The position numbers and the translations under genes are program-made. Below the pieces are notes generated by a model that saw only the letters and a program-made list of their open reading frames with translations, searched no databases and was not told the origin of the DNA. A DNA stretch of 63,045 bases, counting the filler, from Olpidium bornovanus S191 (lineage: Eukaryota; Fungi; Olpidiomycota): the NCBI GenBank assembly GCA_017911155.1. It is 28 parts of 28 records of this genome, joined end to end, with 100 filler letters (N's around TTAATTAATTAA, not from the genome) between each part and the next. Parts side by side here need not be neighbours in the genome. Positions count along the whole stretch, not along the records: positions 9,244 to 13,723 come from JAEFCI010007096.1; positions 13,824 to 14,925 come from JAEFCI010011720.1; positions 15,026 to 16,051 come from JAEFCI010005852.1; positions 16,152 to 17,766 come from JAEFCI010009944.1; positions 17,867 to 18,905 come from JAEFCI010010028.1; positions 19,006 to 20,102 come from JAEFCI010004755.1; 22 more parts are not named here. One strand, written 5' to 3'. Below are positions 9,244 to 20,202 of the stretch, piece after piece (position 1 is the first letter of the stretch; each line of letters starts with the position of its first letter).

Positions 9244-12200
9244 CACCCGTCGCTGAAGACGCACGTGTACAAGTCCATAACTGACGTACTCGCCACCATC
9301 GGCGCAATGGGCGAGCGCGAGATACTGGAGGGCGACGAAAACTTGGAAGCTCACGTCCTGCATGTCGCGAAAGCCGACGGGTCCTGGGATCCGGATAAGC
9401 CGATGCCGAAAGACAGGGACGAGGACAAGGAGAGCGTCTGTTTTCCGTTCATGGACGTTACGGCGAAAGTGAGGGAGATCGACTTTTTGATGTCTTGCGA
9501 TCCGTCGGGGCGCGAACGCCAACGTTGGCGGCAAGCAACTTAATCTCCCCGTTTGATGTAATTAGTTCCTGGAAGGATTTCTGCAAAACGCCAGCCACTG
9601 CAAGGATTTCGTGGCTCAAGTCGGGCTCGCCCCGTTGCTCCGGCTGTTCAAGATTCCGCGAATCACTCACAACTTCAGCATGCTCCCGGCCTGTTTCAAC
9701 CTCGCCCATGTCATTCACATCCTTAGCGAGACGTGCGCCACCGAGGTGGCTCAGACGGTCCTGGCGGAGTTCATGAACATGTACAATCAGGCCAAGCCGT
9801 ACCTGGAATCCAAGTCGCCGCAGAGCGTCATTGTGGACTTGGCTGATCTCCGAGGTAAGCTTTCGTCCGTTCTGTGCCGCCCGCCTGCGTGAATTCGCGT
9901 GGCGCGTCGCCGCCGTCAGGTCCTTAACGCCACTCAACCGTTCGCAGAGGACAACCCGGAAAAGGTTGCCGAGGTCGGGCGCCTGTACTATGCGCTGCGC
10001 GTGCTGGCGGGTCTGTCCAGCGTGCTTTTCGAAGTGTACGTCAGCCCGAATTTTGCTTCGAACAAGTCATTCTCCGCCATCGCCCAGGCGTTTATCGCCT
10101 CGGAAGATTACTTCACGGCCATCGGGCAACTGCACCGGGTCGCCCTCCTGGATTACGAGATTATCAGGATCGTCGTGCCGCCGCTACCGCGTCAGGACGA
10201 ATTGCCCGGCGCCGCGAGAAGAAAAGCGAGCATATCGGCCGCCGGAATTTCTCGCGGGCCGCCCGTCAACGAGGTCGCCGAGCATACCTCGACTGCTCCT
10301 GGCGGCGATGCAGCCGGCTCGGGCGCGGCGTCGACCGTACCTGCGGCCGGTCCCGACGCCCACGCCGCCACCGCCGCGGAAGCGAAGACGGCCGAGAAGG
10401 AGTGGCTTAAAAGCCCGCACAAGCTCAACATGACCTACTTCAGGATTCTGTTCAGCCAGATCAACAGTGCGCTGCACCACACTATGCAAGGTGTGTTGCT
10501 CACGTTGCCCCTGACTCGCTCCGTGCCTTTCCCCCTCCTAACTTTGTGTTCTGGTCTTTCCCCCAAGGCCTATCGAAGATGTTCCCTACCGCACGGCGTA
10601 CGATAGACGCAAGCAATCGCAGGAGCGCGATCAAGCTCGCGAGCGCGATGGCGACGGAACTGGCCAAGCACCTGACGTGGGAGAGGCTCGAATCCGAAAT
10701 GAATCTCGCGAAAGCCGAATACATCGTCTCCGTCGCGAGATTGATATCGCTTTTGCTGATGGAAGGTAAGGACTCTGCGGCGGTCGAAACGATCGATTCC
10801 CTCTTGCTCTCCTTTTTTTTTTTGTTCTGCACGCTCAAACGGCGTCTTTTTTTTTTCTCTTTGCTTTTCCGCAGAGCAACAGCACAACCCCTTGCACACC
10901 TGTTTGGCGGTCGCGTTCAACAAAAAAGGGGGACTCGACAGAATTTTTGACATGCTGCATGACCTCTGGGAACAGGCGGACAGGCTGACGGAGATTGCCG
11001 CGGATGAATCCAGCGACGCCGCGGCGAAAGCCAAGGAGATGCAGAAGCCGATGAAGGAGGCCATGGATACCATGCTGGATATCCTGCAGTTTTTGACCTC
11101 GCCGAAGTATGTCCACGAGTCCCCGCTCACGTCCCTGTTGATCGGGAAGGAGAAGGATCGCTCGCCCGGCGACTTTTTCGACCCGTACGAATGGCTGGTG
11201 GACGTGCGCATGCGCGTGCTCCCCGTTGTCGTCGCGCTCTGGGATCACGATTCTATCCGCAACCGGCCGAGCGGCGTGGTCCGCAGCATTATCCAGATCA
11301 TCGCCACCATACTGAGAGGCGAGGCGGAGGTCACCCTCAGGGGCAACTCGGCGAGCCTCTTCACCTCGGCCCTGGAAGCCACGGCTCGTATATTCGGAGG
11401 CGGCGCGGCGAGCCGTCCGCAAGCGGTCGTGCCCGGCCCCGACAGGGTCCAGCGCCTCGTCGACATGGGCTTCGTCCGCGCCGGGGCCGAAGCGGCGCTT
11501 ATCCGGACTCACAACAACATCTCCCGCGCCGTGGAGTGGCTGCTGACCCACCCTGGGGCGTTTGCAAACGCGCCTGGCGCGATTGCGCAGCCCAGTTCCG
11601 AACCTGCTGGCGACGCCGCCGCGCCCGACGCTGCGGCGCAGCCGCCCGCTGCTGCCGCTGCTGCCGCTGCTGCGAACACTCCGGGGGCTGACGCCGCGAG
11701 CTCAACAGTACCCGAGACGTTGCCGACGGGCAGCGTTTCGTCCCAGCCTGCCCCGCCATCGGCGGCTCCGACAGATGCTACCGCACCTCCGCAATCGGCG
11801 CCTTTGGCGGATGCTACCGCAGCCCCGCAATCAGCGCCTTTCACAGGCGCTGCAGCACCTGCAGACCAGCCGCCGCAGGCCGCCGCGACTGAGCCGGCTG
11901 TTTCCGCCGCGCCGGGCGACGGCGACGGGACGGCTTCCTCGGCTGCCTCCTCTTCGAGTGCTCAGGACTCCGCTGCCGCCAGCGGGACTGGCTCCGAAAA
12001 GCCTAAGGACAAGACCCCCCTCACCTTGGCTTTCGAGCAGCTGAAGTGCAAAGTCAGGACTGGCGTCATCCCGAGAGCGATCGAGCTCCCGGACCACGTG
12101 GAGGACATAATGTTTGACGTGAAGTCGCTCCTCCTGGTCGCCGCGAAAGACCTGAACAGCGAGGTCGCTTCGGTGCTTTTCAAAGACGCGAAGGACAACT

Positions 12201-12467
12201 ACGTTCTCGGGAAAGCGCACGTCGTCTCGAACCGGCTGCGCCTCTTCGCGCTTCTCCTTAACGAGCACGGCGTCGACTCGGCCATGCTGGAAAGCGCGCG
12301 CGCGCACACCCCCGAGCTGCTCCAGATGGTCCGGCAGGAAGCGCAGAAAGCCGACGGGCAGCCGGTCGCCGTGTGGGTCGCCAGCGCCCTGCTCCTGCTG
12401 GAAGCTCTGATCTCGCACGACGACGAGCCGCTGCCCGCGGAAGCCACGTACAAAAAGAGCGAGCCCA

Positions 12468-12498
<31 letters not shown>

Positions 12499-13723
12499 TT
12501 CGTCGTCGTCGTCGTCGTCGTCCCCGGGCAAAGTCTCGCTGGCCGACGGCCAGTCCGAGGGCTGCCAGAACGCGATACAGCCCATGGACTCCACGCCGAC
12601 GCGGCCGATGCTGGTCGACCCCGCCGCCCGCCTCCAGCTGGTGCGGGACTGCGTCCTCTTGCTGAAGGGCGACAAGCTTCCCCGCGACGCCCTGCTGTCC
12701 GTCCTCCGCGTTGCCGTCAGGCTCACCCGCGACCACTCCCTCGCGGTCGAGTTCGCCAAGGCCGGCGGTGTCTCGTCCATGTTCGTTCCGCTGAAACGGG
12801 GGCCCGACGCTTTCCAGGGCCAGCAGTCGCTGATCATCATGATCCTTCGCCACGTTTTGGAGGACCAAGAGGTGCTTCGGCAGAACATGGAGCGCGAGAT
12901 CAGCGGCGCGTTCTCGGCAGCCAGGTCCCGCGTGCTGGACGTGAACAGCTACCTGCGCACCAGCAGCCACGCCGCCCTGCGGTCGCCGGAGGTTTTCGTG
13001 GACACGACCGGCCGGCTGTGCAAGCTCCCCCAGTACGACCCCGGCGCGCGCAGCCACCAGGTCGTCCTTAAGCAGGTCGACGAGAACGGAACCGGAGACG
13101 GCGCCGTCGCCGAACGCCTCCAGGACGAAGGCCCGGGCGAACGGAGCGGCGAGCCCTCCGGGTCGACCTCCGCGGAGGTCTCCGGCGCGGGGCGGAAGAG
13201 TCGGGCGAAAGCGGGCGAAACGTGCAGGGGCGTGGTTCCCTACCTGATCTCGGAACTGCTGGCAACGAGGCACCCCGTTGAAGGAGGCCCGGACCTCTGC
13301 TCCCCGGCGTCTGCCGGGTCCGATTCCAACGTCGCGACGGAGCCGCCGCCGCCGGCGCAGTCCCAGGAGCTTCCGAGCCCCGACAAGCCGGCCGCGGAGA
13401 CCGCCGACGGCTCGGAAAGCGTTTTCGTGTACCGCTGCTTCTTGATGCAGTGCCTCGCCGAGATGGTCCTTTCGTACCCTTCGTGCAAGCTGGACGTCTT
13501 GAACAGCACGAAGAGGGCCGGCTCCGCCAAAGAGCCCCCGACTCCCTCGAAAGTCCGGTCCTCCTTTATCCAGTACATCCTTCACGAGCTGCTGCCGGTC
13601 ACCATGACGGGCTCGCCGACTTCGCCGGAAGCCAGCAGAAGATCGGTCCTGTCCGTCAAGGCGTCGTCGGTGATGGTCGCGCTGTGCGGCGGCGCCGGGA
13701 CCGAGGCGGAAGATAAGGACAAG
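9244..13723 (+). CDS. TOM1: HECT E3 ubiquitin ligase HUWE1/Tom1, internal part (DUF913 region and UBA domain); partial, spliced
   Basis: Long final exon (~10876-13723) contains a UBA 'RVQRLVDMGFVRAGAEAALIRTHNNISRAVEWLLTHP', 'LSVLRVAVRLTRDHSLAVEF' and 'YRCFLMQCLAEMVLSYPSCKLD'. Upstream exons joined by GT..AG introns (e.g. 10766-10875). Truncated at both contig ends. Confidence 0.9.
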
Positions 13724-13939
13724 NNNNNNNNNNNNNNNNNNNNNNNNNNNNNNNNNNNNNNNNNNNNTTAATTAATTAANNNNNNNNNNNNNNNNNNNNN
13801 NNNNNNNNNNNNNNNNNNNNNNNAGCTGTTGAGTTCTAGTTTCGATCATACCATACGGTATGGAGCGAAGAAATCCGTAGCAACAAAGCGAAAATCCCGT
13901 CGTGCAGTCCTTTTCTAAAATCGTTAAACAATTAGGTTG

Positions 13940-14101
13940 CATGGATCAGCGGCTGGCATCTGCTCGCCGGTGGTGCCGTGGGAGATCCAGTCGTTGATGT
14001 TGTTCTTCTTGGTTTTGCCGGCGTCTTCCCATTCGACGCTGATATCGACCCGAGCAGCGGCCTTCACATCGTCCGCCACTTTCGGGAACTCGTTCGACAT
14101 G
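13940..14101 (-). CDS. Bacterial-type protein fragment (possibly YdjY-like), bounded by CATG at both ends
   Basis: Open frame across the whole 162-bp CATG-to-CATG piece: MSNEFPKVADDVKAAARVDISVEWEDAGKTKKNNINDWISHGTTGEQMPAADP. The YdjY resemblance is from memory only. Confidence 0.5.
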
Positions 14102-14348
14102 GGGATTGGGCTATGGCGTTCAGCCGGGGCTCGGTCTTGAGAAGAAGATCGCGGACACCGCCATCAAGGTCTGGCAAAACCGCAGCGATAGCTATCTGCG
14201 GGACGGCCTGATGAAATGTGTGAAAAGCTACGGGGATGAATCCCACGCGGCGGCCGTTGAGGAAATCGCTGAGGCTCCCGCGATGGGTGAACGGCAGAAA
14301 AAAGAGCTGACCGATCTCGCCGCCAGTCTCCGTGGGCGGGGAAACTAA
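14100..14348 (+). CDS. C-terminal fragment of a bacterial hypothetical helical protein
   Basis: WGLGYGVQPGLGLEKKIADTAIKVWQNRSDSYLRDGLMKCVKSYGDE..LAASLRGRGN*. Frame opens right next to CATG 14098-14101 and ends just before a terminator hairpin. Confidence 0.6.
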   Translation, partial: WGLGYGVQPGLGLEKKIADTAIKVWQNRSDSYLRDGLMKCVKSYGDESHAAAVEEIAEAPAMGERQKKELTDLAASLRGRGN

Positions 14349-14354
14349 CATGAA

Positions 14355-14387
14355 AAACGGCCCGGCGGGGTAGCCACCGGGCCGTTT
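14355..14387. terminator. Intrinsic (rho-independent) terminator between convergent bacterial genes, probably bidirectional
   Basis: Perfect 11-bp inverted repeat AAACGGCCCGG (14355-14365) / CCGGGCCGTTT (14377-14387) between the stop at 14348 (+) and the stop at 14410 (-). Confidence 0.8.
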
Positions 14388-14409
14388 CACGAAAGGATTC
14401 AGATTACCT

Positions 14410-14838
14410 TCAAGGCGTGGGCGTGGTGCGCAGGCGGAAGAACTCCTTCTGCAGCGCCGGCGTGAGTGGCAGCGTCACGCTGTTGTTCGCTACTCCAGAT
14501 ACCGGAGTCCAGGGGTGTCCCAGATTCGGGGATGACTCCAGGAAGTAACCGGTCGAACCGACGGGCCACGACAGTGTGACGAAGTTTCCATTCTGCACGA
14601 CGCTCAGCGGAGGAAGCGGAGGACCCGCGGCAGACAGCGGTTCTGCGAAATCGACCCAGGTGAAATAGAAGTCGCTGTCGCGAAGCGTTGAGGAAGCATA
14701 GCCGTTTGGCGCACCGAAGGGATCCAGCACCCGTGACTCAACCACAAATGCGCCGCCTTCGTATTGGTAGCTCAGGGCGACATTGTCGACGATTCCGGGC
14801 TGGCTCGGGAGTTCACCGACCGCTTGCAGGAGGAGCAT
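14410..14838 (-). CDS. C-terminal part of a bacterial secreted protein with a Verrucomicrobiota-type terminal domain
   Basis: Ends ..VTLSWPVGSTGYFLESSPNLGHPWTPVSGVANNSVTLPLTPALQKEFFRLR.., the 'LSWP..LESS..L..W....FFRLR' pattern typical of Verrucomicrobiota exported proteins. No introns. The 5' end coincides with CATG 14836-14839, and the frame closes shortly beyond it. Confidence 0.72.
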   Translation of the reverse strand: MLLLQAVGELPSQPGIVDNVALSYQYEGGAFVVESRVLDPFGAPNGYASSTLRDSDFYFTWVDFAEPLSAAGPPLPPLSVVQNGNFVTLSWPVGSTGYFLESSPNLGHPWTPVSGVANNSVTLPLTPALQKEFFRLRTTPTP

Positions 14839-15267
14839 GGGGTCTTTGGACGATCCGTACTTGTCACGTCTAACCTTTCCACGGCATTATGCTTTGTCAT
14901 GTGGTCAAGGTTTGTCCAACCGATGNNNNNNNNNNNNNNNNNNNNNNNNNNNNNNNNNNNNNNNNNNNNTTAATTAATTAANNNNNNNNNNNNNNNNNNN
15001 NNNNNNNNNNNNNNNNNNNNNNNNNAGGCTATGATAACGGTTCGGTGGCCAAGCAGAAAGCTGGTTGTACTCGTAAATTGGCCACCGTCTAACCAGTTGA
15101 GGTAAAAAGCACAGAACCTAGTGGCGTACGGAAATGTCTTCTCATGTTCTTGCTACATAAAACAGAACATTGAATGGCAGAGCAACAAGCTTCGCGAAGG
15201 CGGTGGGCTCCCACGGGCGTTGAGACAACTTTACCGTGCGGCTATGAAGTGGGAGGGGATTTCAGGG

Positions 15268-15311
<44 letters not shown>

Positions 15312-15961
15312 GAAAGAAGGAAAAAAAAAATGCGGGAAGCAGAGCGGCAGGAAGAAGGCAAGAATCCCAAGGGAGACGACGAGAACCCCTGTGAAGCACA
15401 TTTCGGGACCCGTTTGACCTGAAAGCCCCACATAGGCCCTTTGACAGCCTGGTTTGACTGGAAAGTGATGATAACGTAAAGGGGGAATACACAGCCAGGA
15501 ACATTACAATCCACAGCAACTTCCACAGTCAAAGTGGGATTTGCACGGGCCCCTCCGGATCCCGTTCCCATACCCACCATCTTCCCCACTTTCACCACTT
15601 TTTATCCAACAATCACCATCGGACCTTGCCAGGCATTGTCTGACGGACGTCTTAATTTCTTCCTTTCCTTTCCCCGTCAGCTGCATGATTACAAGTTGAT
15701 ATGGCAGGTTGTACATTATTTACGCAGTGCGTCAAGTTTTGAAAGGATTCAAATATTAAATGGCGCCATTTCCCGGCAGTGCGTTTAACCCCATCTATTC
15801 GTTCCGGGCAATGTATTACACCGAAAAACCTGGCTGAAGGACAACTCGAAATGATTTTTCAATTCGGCATGAGCAGAGAGACACGGGAAGTAAAAATCGG
15901 AAATCAAGAGTGGGTAAAAAGGACGTGAAAGCAAGGATGCGGCGAATAGCGAAAGGGGCGT

Positions 15962-15996
<35 letters not shown>

Positions 15997-16151
15997 AAAC
16001 CCAAAAAAAAAAAAAAAAAAAAAGGGGGGGGGGGAAAAAAAAAAAGGGGGANNNNNNNNNNNNNNNNNNNNNNNNNNNNNNNNNNNNNNNNNNNNTTAAT
16101 TAATTAANNNNNNNNNNNNNNNNNNNNNNNNNNNNNNNNNNNNNNNNNNNN

Positions 16152-17675
16152 CATGTGGGTCTGTTCGCATATGAACTTCTGCATCTTGCTCACGCCGGAT
16201 TTCTTCTGACTGCGTGCGACACGTGGCAAATGTCATTCAGATCGTTAAACAAGACTACGTCCACGAACAGGCGCCGCAAAAGCAAGTCGGATCCTTACGT
16301 TTTGACTAGCGGAGCGTCAAAAGAGATTTCGACGGCCTTGTACTCCTGCAGGCCGGTATTGCTCCCGGCGGCAGCAGACGACTCGCGATTTTCGTTCGGC
16401 GCTTGCTCCGAGTCTCCTGACGCGACTACAGAACGGCGGCGGTTGCGTTAGTCACTGAAACGCCGTACCAGCAACGCTCGTCTCGAAATATAGGCAGGGG
16501 AGCGACGCACACGAAGTTGGGCCGATCTCCTCCCATGCGTCGTCGTCTTCCTCGCTCTCCTCGCTGGGAACGCTCTCCGTCTCACAAACAGCGACTTTCC
16601 CCTTCGCGACCGCCAAAGGCGTCCGAGGAGCAGCGGCGAGTTCTTCCAGGGGTCCGAAAAGTTCGACCAGCTCGCGCTTCCCAAGTTTCTCGAGGCGAGT
16701 GGGCGACCGTGAGGTGGCGGCGGCGTCGCGCACTTTGGCCTTCGCTTTACCCTTCGCCGAAGACAGCGGAGGCGAAGGAGCAGCAGTCAATGCGCGGCGC
16801 TGCGGGGAGCGGCTGCGGTTGCCGCAGCTTTCGTAACCCGAGACCGTCCGATTGCGGCAGCCGTCCGCCCGCCTGTCGGACCTTGCAGGCTCCGGACGCA
16901 TAAGAACGTTTGCCCCTGCTTGGCGTTGCGGGGAACTGTTGTTTCTGCCGCTGCCGTAACGTGACGCCGCCCGTCCAAGGCGGTCGTCCGAGCGCATGCC
17001 GGGCGCTGGAGACAGCGGCCGCAAAGGGGCGCTCGGCGCTGCGAGTCGTTGCGGGGAACAGGAGTCGGATCTTTCATAACCGGAGGCCGTCCGATCGCAG
17101 CGGCCGACGGCGGGTGCGCCAGTCGTTGCCGGCAGCGGACCAGAAAGACCGGTTGCCCGCACGCGGCGCTGCGGCGAACAGCCACTGGCAGTGCTTCTGT
17201 GACCGGAGGCCGCCGGCCGACCGCGGCGGCCGTCCGTGTGCCGCGAGCGTGAAGCGGCCGCGTCTTCCGGTTCGGAGGACGCCGCGTGCGTTCCTCGAAC
17301 TCCGCGCCTCCGCAAAGTTCCAGGGCCACGCTCTGCCGCGTGACCAGCCAACTCAGGCCGCGTCGGACCCCGTCCGCGAACCCGGCGAGGAGGGTCGGCA
17401 GCCGCAGTGGACCTCGAGACTCCCTCAGACCGCTGGCGCGCCCGTCCCATCGCAGCGCTTTCCTGCCGCCCAGTTCCCTCGCCGCGCGTCCGCGTCGCGG
17501 TTCCCGCGTGCGGGTCCGCCGCAGCCCCTCCACGCGAACCCGCCACAGAAGCCCGGGCTCTCTGAGCGGCTGCCGCTCCCTCTGCGGGCCCGGCCCGCGC
17601 GGCAGAGGGTGCAGCGGCAGCAGCAGCAGCTGTTGCGGCGGCGGCGGCGGACCTCCTGGGCGGACCCGCCGACAT
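16152..17675 (-). CDS. Hypothetical Arg/Ser-rich protein with repeated SPQR motifs; partial, spliced
   Basis: Long open frame with four degenerate repeats ending in SPQR(R/L/Q). Downstream GT..(GACTAAC)..TAG and GTAAGG..CAG introns link to exons 'ASGDSEQAPNENRESS..LVKT' and 'SEEIRREQDAEVHMRTDPH'. Confidence 0.55.
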
Positions 17676-17694
17676 TTGCTCCCGCTCGTCGCCT

Positions 17695-17728
<34 letters not shown>

Positions 17729-18260
17729 GGGCCCGGGGGGGGGGGGGGGGGGGGCGGCGGAAAAAANNNNNNNNNNNNNNNNNNNNNNNNNNNNNNNNNN
17801 NNNNNNNNNNTTAATTAATTAANNNNNNNNNNNNNNNNNNNNNNNNNNNNNNNNNNNNNNNNNNNNCATGGAAAGGCGAATCCGCCCAGCAGCGGCGCTG
17901 TGAATTTTCTTTTTCTTTACTGCGCGACGCGGCCGGTTGTAAGTTAAGCAGAAAATGTTTCGAATACGCGGCCGCCCAGACCAGGCAGAGCTAAACGATC
18001 GGGCACCTATGATCAAATTGAGTTAAACTATCGAGCACCTATGATGGAATTGACGGAGGGTTTTAGGAACAGTCCATCCGCGTGCGTTTGCGACGGGCAC
18101 GGCAAAGCGAATGCACCGGGCCGCACCGCTCGTCATCGCGTCCGGGAACGACCAATTTTTGATGTGCTAAGCACCGTCTCGCGCTCTGTGCGCCGGTCGA
18201 AATCCACCAGTCAAACGCAACGCGAACCCCGCGCATAATCGTTTACGGCGGGATCTTGGG

Positions 18261-18905
18261 ATGGCGTCGCTTTGGCCGCTTGCGGCGTCTGACGCCGCGT
18301 CCGTGGCAATCCGGTCGCTGCCTGTAATTGGCGTTCCGCAACCTCTTCGAAGAACTCTATCCAGGTGCCTCTTCCTAAGCGGGGCCGCGCTGCGTCAGAA
18401 GACCGGCGTGTGCGGCACGGCCGCCGCCGCATTCGTGAGAGAGAAGGCAAAGCAGGCGACGGACGGCATCGCAGGTCCCGCGCGGAAGAGTGCGGCCGGC
18501 AAGGCGAGCAGCTGCGCCGGCGCCGGGGACGCCAACGGCGCGTCCGCGGACAGCCGGCCCCGCAACCTGCCGTCGGCCCCCGACGAAAACCCGCCCGACC
18601 ACGCCGGATACGGTTTCGTCCAACGGGCGGACGCGTCGGCGACCGGCTGGGCCGGAAATCACTCCGCGCCGGTTCCTCGCCGCGTCTGGGGGCTCATAGA
18701 CCCCGGCGAACTCTGCCGCATTCTCGGCAGAGACCCCACCGCCGGCCCGCCGCGGGCGCCTCTGACCGGGGCGTTTAACATCTGCGTCCTCGAGGCGTTC
18801 GCGCAGTGGAAGACGTTCACGACGATCGAGGCGGATTTCAACCAGCGTTTTGAGAACACCACCGCCCTCATTCTCTGCGACAACCAACAAGTCGTGGCCG
18901 CCATG
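18261..18905 (+). mobile_element. RNase H of a tyrosine-recombinase retrotransposon (DIRS/Ngaro type); partial
   Basis: 'ADASATGWAG' (DAS..GW motif) followed by 'FNICVLEAFAQW..TTALILCDNQQVVAAM', matching the DIRS RNase H pattern HIN.LEL.A....V...CDN..VV. Cut at the contig end. Confidence 0.65.
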
Positions 18906-19005
18906 NNNNNNNNNNNNNNNNNNNNNNNNNNNNNNNNNNNNNNNNNNNNTTAATTAATTAANNNNNNNNNNNNNNNNNNNNNNNNNNNNNNNNNNNNNNN
19001 NNNNN

Positions 19006-19335
19006 AAGGACCAATCACGATACTATGCGATAATCAAGGATGTCTGGCATTCAGCAAGCATTCTGTTCATCACAATCGCACAAAGCATATCGATATTCGT
19101 CTTCATTTTGTGCGAGATTCGGTTGCCTCTGGAAAGATATAACTGGAATATGTCCCCACCAAAGGCAATGCGGCAGACATGATGACCAAGTCAATGGGGC
19201 CGCAAGTCCTGAGCCGTCATTTGGCGACTATTGGGATGAAGGGGACATAGATAGTTTTCACATTGTTGAAATTCTGGTCAACGCATTCTTCTTTCATGGG
19301 ACCTTTCATTTGAAAGCATCGAGGAGGAGTATTGC
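19006..19335 (+). mobile_element. Ty1/Copia RNase H C-terminus, polypurine tract and start of the 3' LTR; degenerate
   Basis: ILCDNQGCLAFSKHSVHHNRTKHIDIRLHFVRD..KI*LEYVPTKGNAADMMTKS. In-frame TAA at 19140-19142, normal stop at 19248-19250. PPT GAGGAGGAG at 19321-19329 is followed by T(A)TTG. Confidence 0.92.
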
Positions 19336-19982
19336 GTGAATTTCTTAGTTCCTTCTATCTTTACCTTCCCCTCCTTCACTTCTGGTTGGAACCCCTCAAT
19401 GTTGTACTACTGCTATTACTACTACTTCGCGTACGAATAAACCAACGCACAGCTTGCACGCCGAAACGCGTAAAACTCAGAGAAAGAACAAAGGTTAGCC
19501 GGGTTGTGGCGGCTCGCCTCGAGTCCGACATGGGCGGACGAAGCGGCGGGCGCAGCGGCGGGCGTGGCGGCGGGCGTGGCGTCGGGCTTGGCCTGTTCGG
19601 ATATGAACAGGGGAACGCGAAGCGGCGGTAGGTCCATCCGTGCGTCGCGGGACGGTGACGGCGGGATGGGGACGGCGGCGGGGTCGACAGGGGTGTGGTC
19701 GACGGGCACGGGTGACGACGTGGCCGAACGAACAGCACAGTTCGACAGGTTTGACGGCGCGATGGCCGTCGGCGTGGGAGCGGTGCGTGTCGCCGTGACG
19801 TGGGGCGACAGCGGCAGCGGCGTGCGCCTTTACGGCGTCGACGACGCGGCGAGGGCATCGTCAGCGGCTCGAGTAATGGACGTGGTTGACGGCAAAAGCA
19901 AAGGAGCAAACAAAGACGAAAGCGCAGTGAGCAAAAACAAGCTCAAAAACAAACGTGACGGCGGGAGCGGGACGTCGGCGCG

Positions 19983-20102
19983 GTGACAGCGCGGCGGAGC
20001 GGCGTGGTGACAGCGCGGCGGAGCGGCGTGGTGACAGCGCGGCGGAGCGGCGTGGTGACAGCGCGGCGGAGCGGCGTGGTGACAGCGCGGCGGAGCGGCG
20101 TG
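19983..20102. repeat. Perfect 24-bp tandem repeat, 5 copies, running into the contig end
   Basis: GTGACAGCGCGGCGGAGCGGCGTG x5 with no spacers. Confidence 0.97.
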
Positions 20103-20202
20103 NNNNNNNNNNNNNNNNNNNNNNNNNNNNNNNNNNNNNNNNNNNNTTAATTAATTAANNNNNNNNNNNNNNNNNNNNNNNNNNNNNNNNNNNNNNNNNN
20201 NN

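Noticed and set aside
13940-14838. Horizontal transfer of bacterial genes into the fungus
   Set aside because: No eukaryotic gene is reliably linked on the contig, a bacterial terminator is present and frames break at CATG. Contamination plus ligation chimera is the simpler explanation.
19983-20102. CRISPR array
   Set aside because: The 24-bp units are contiguous with no spacers, and there are no cas genes.
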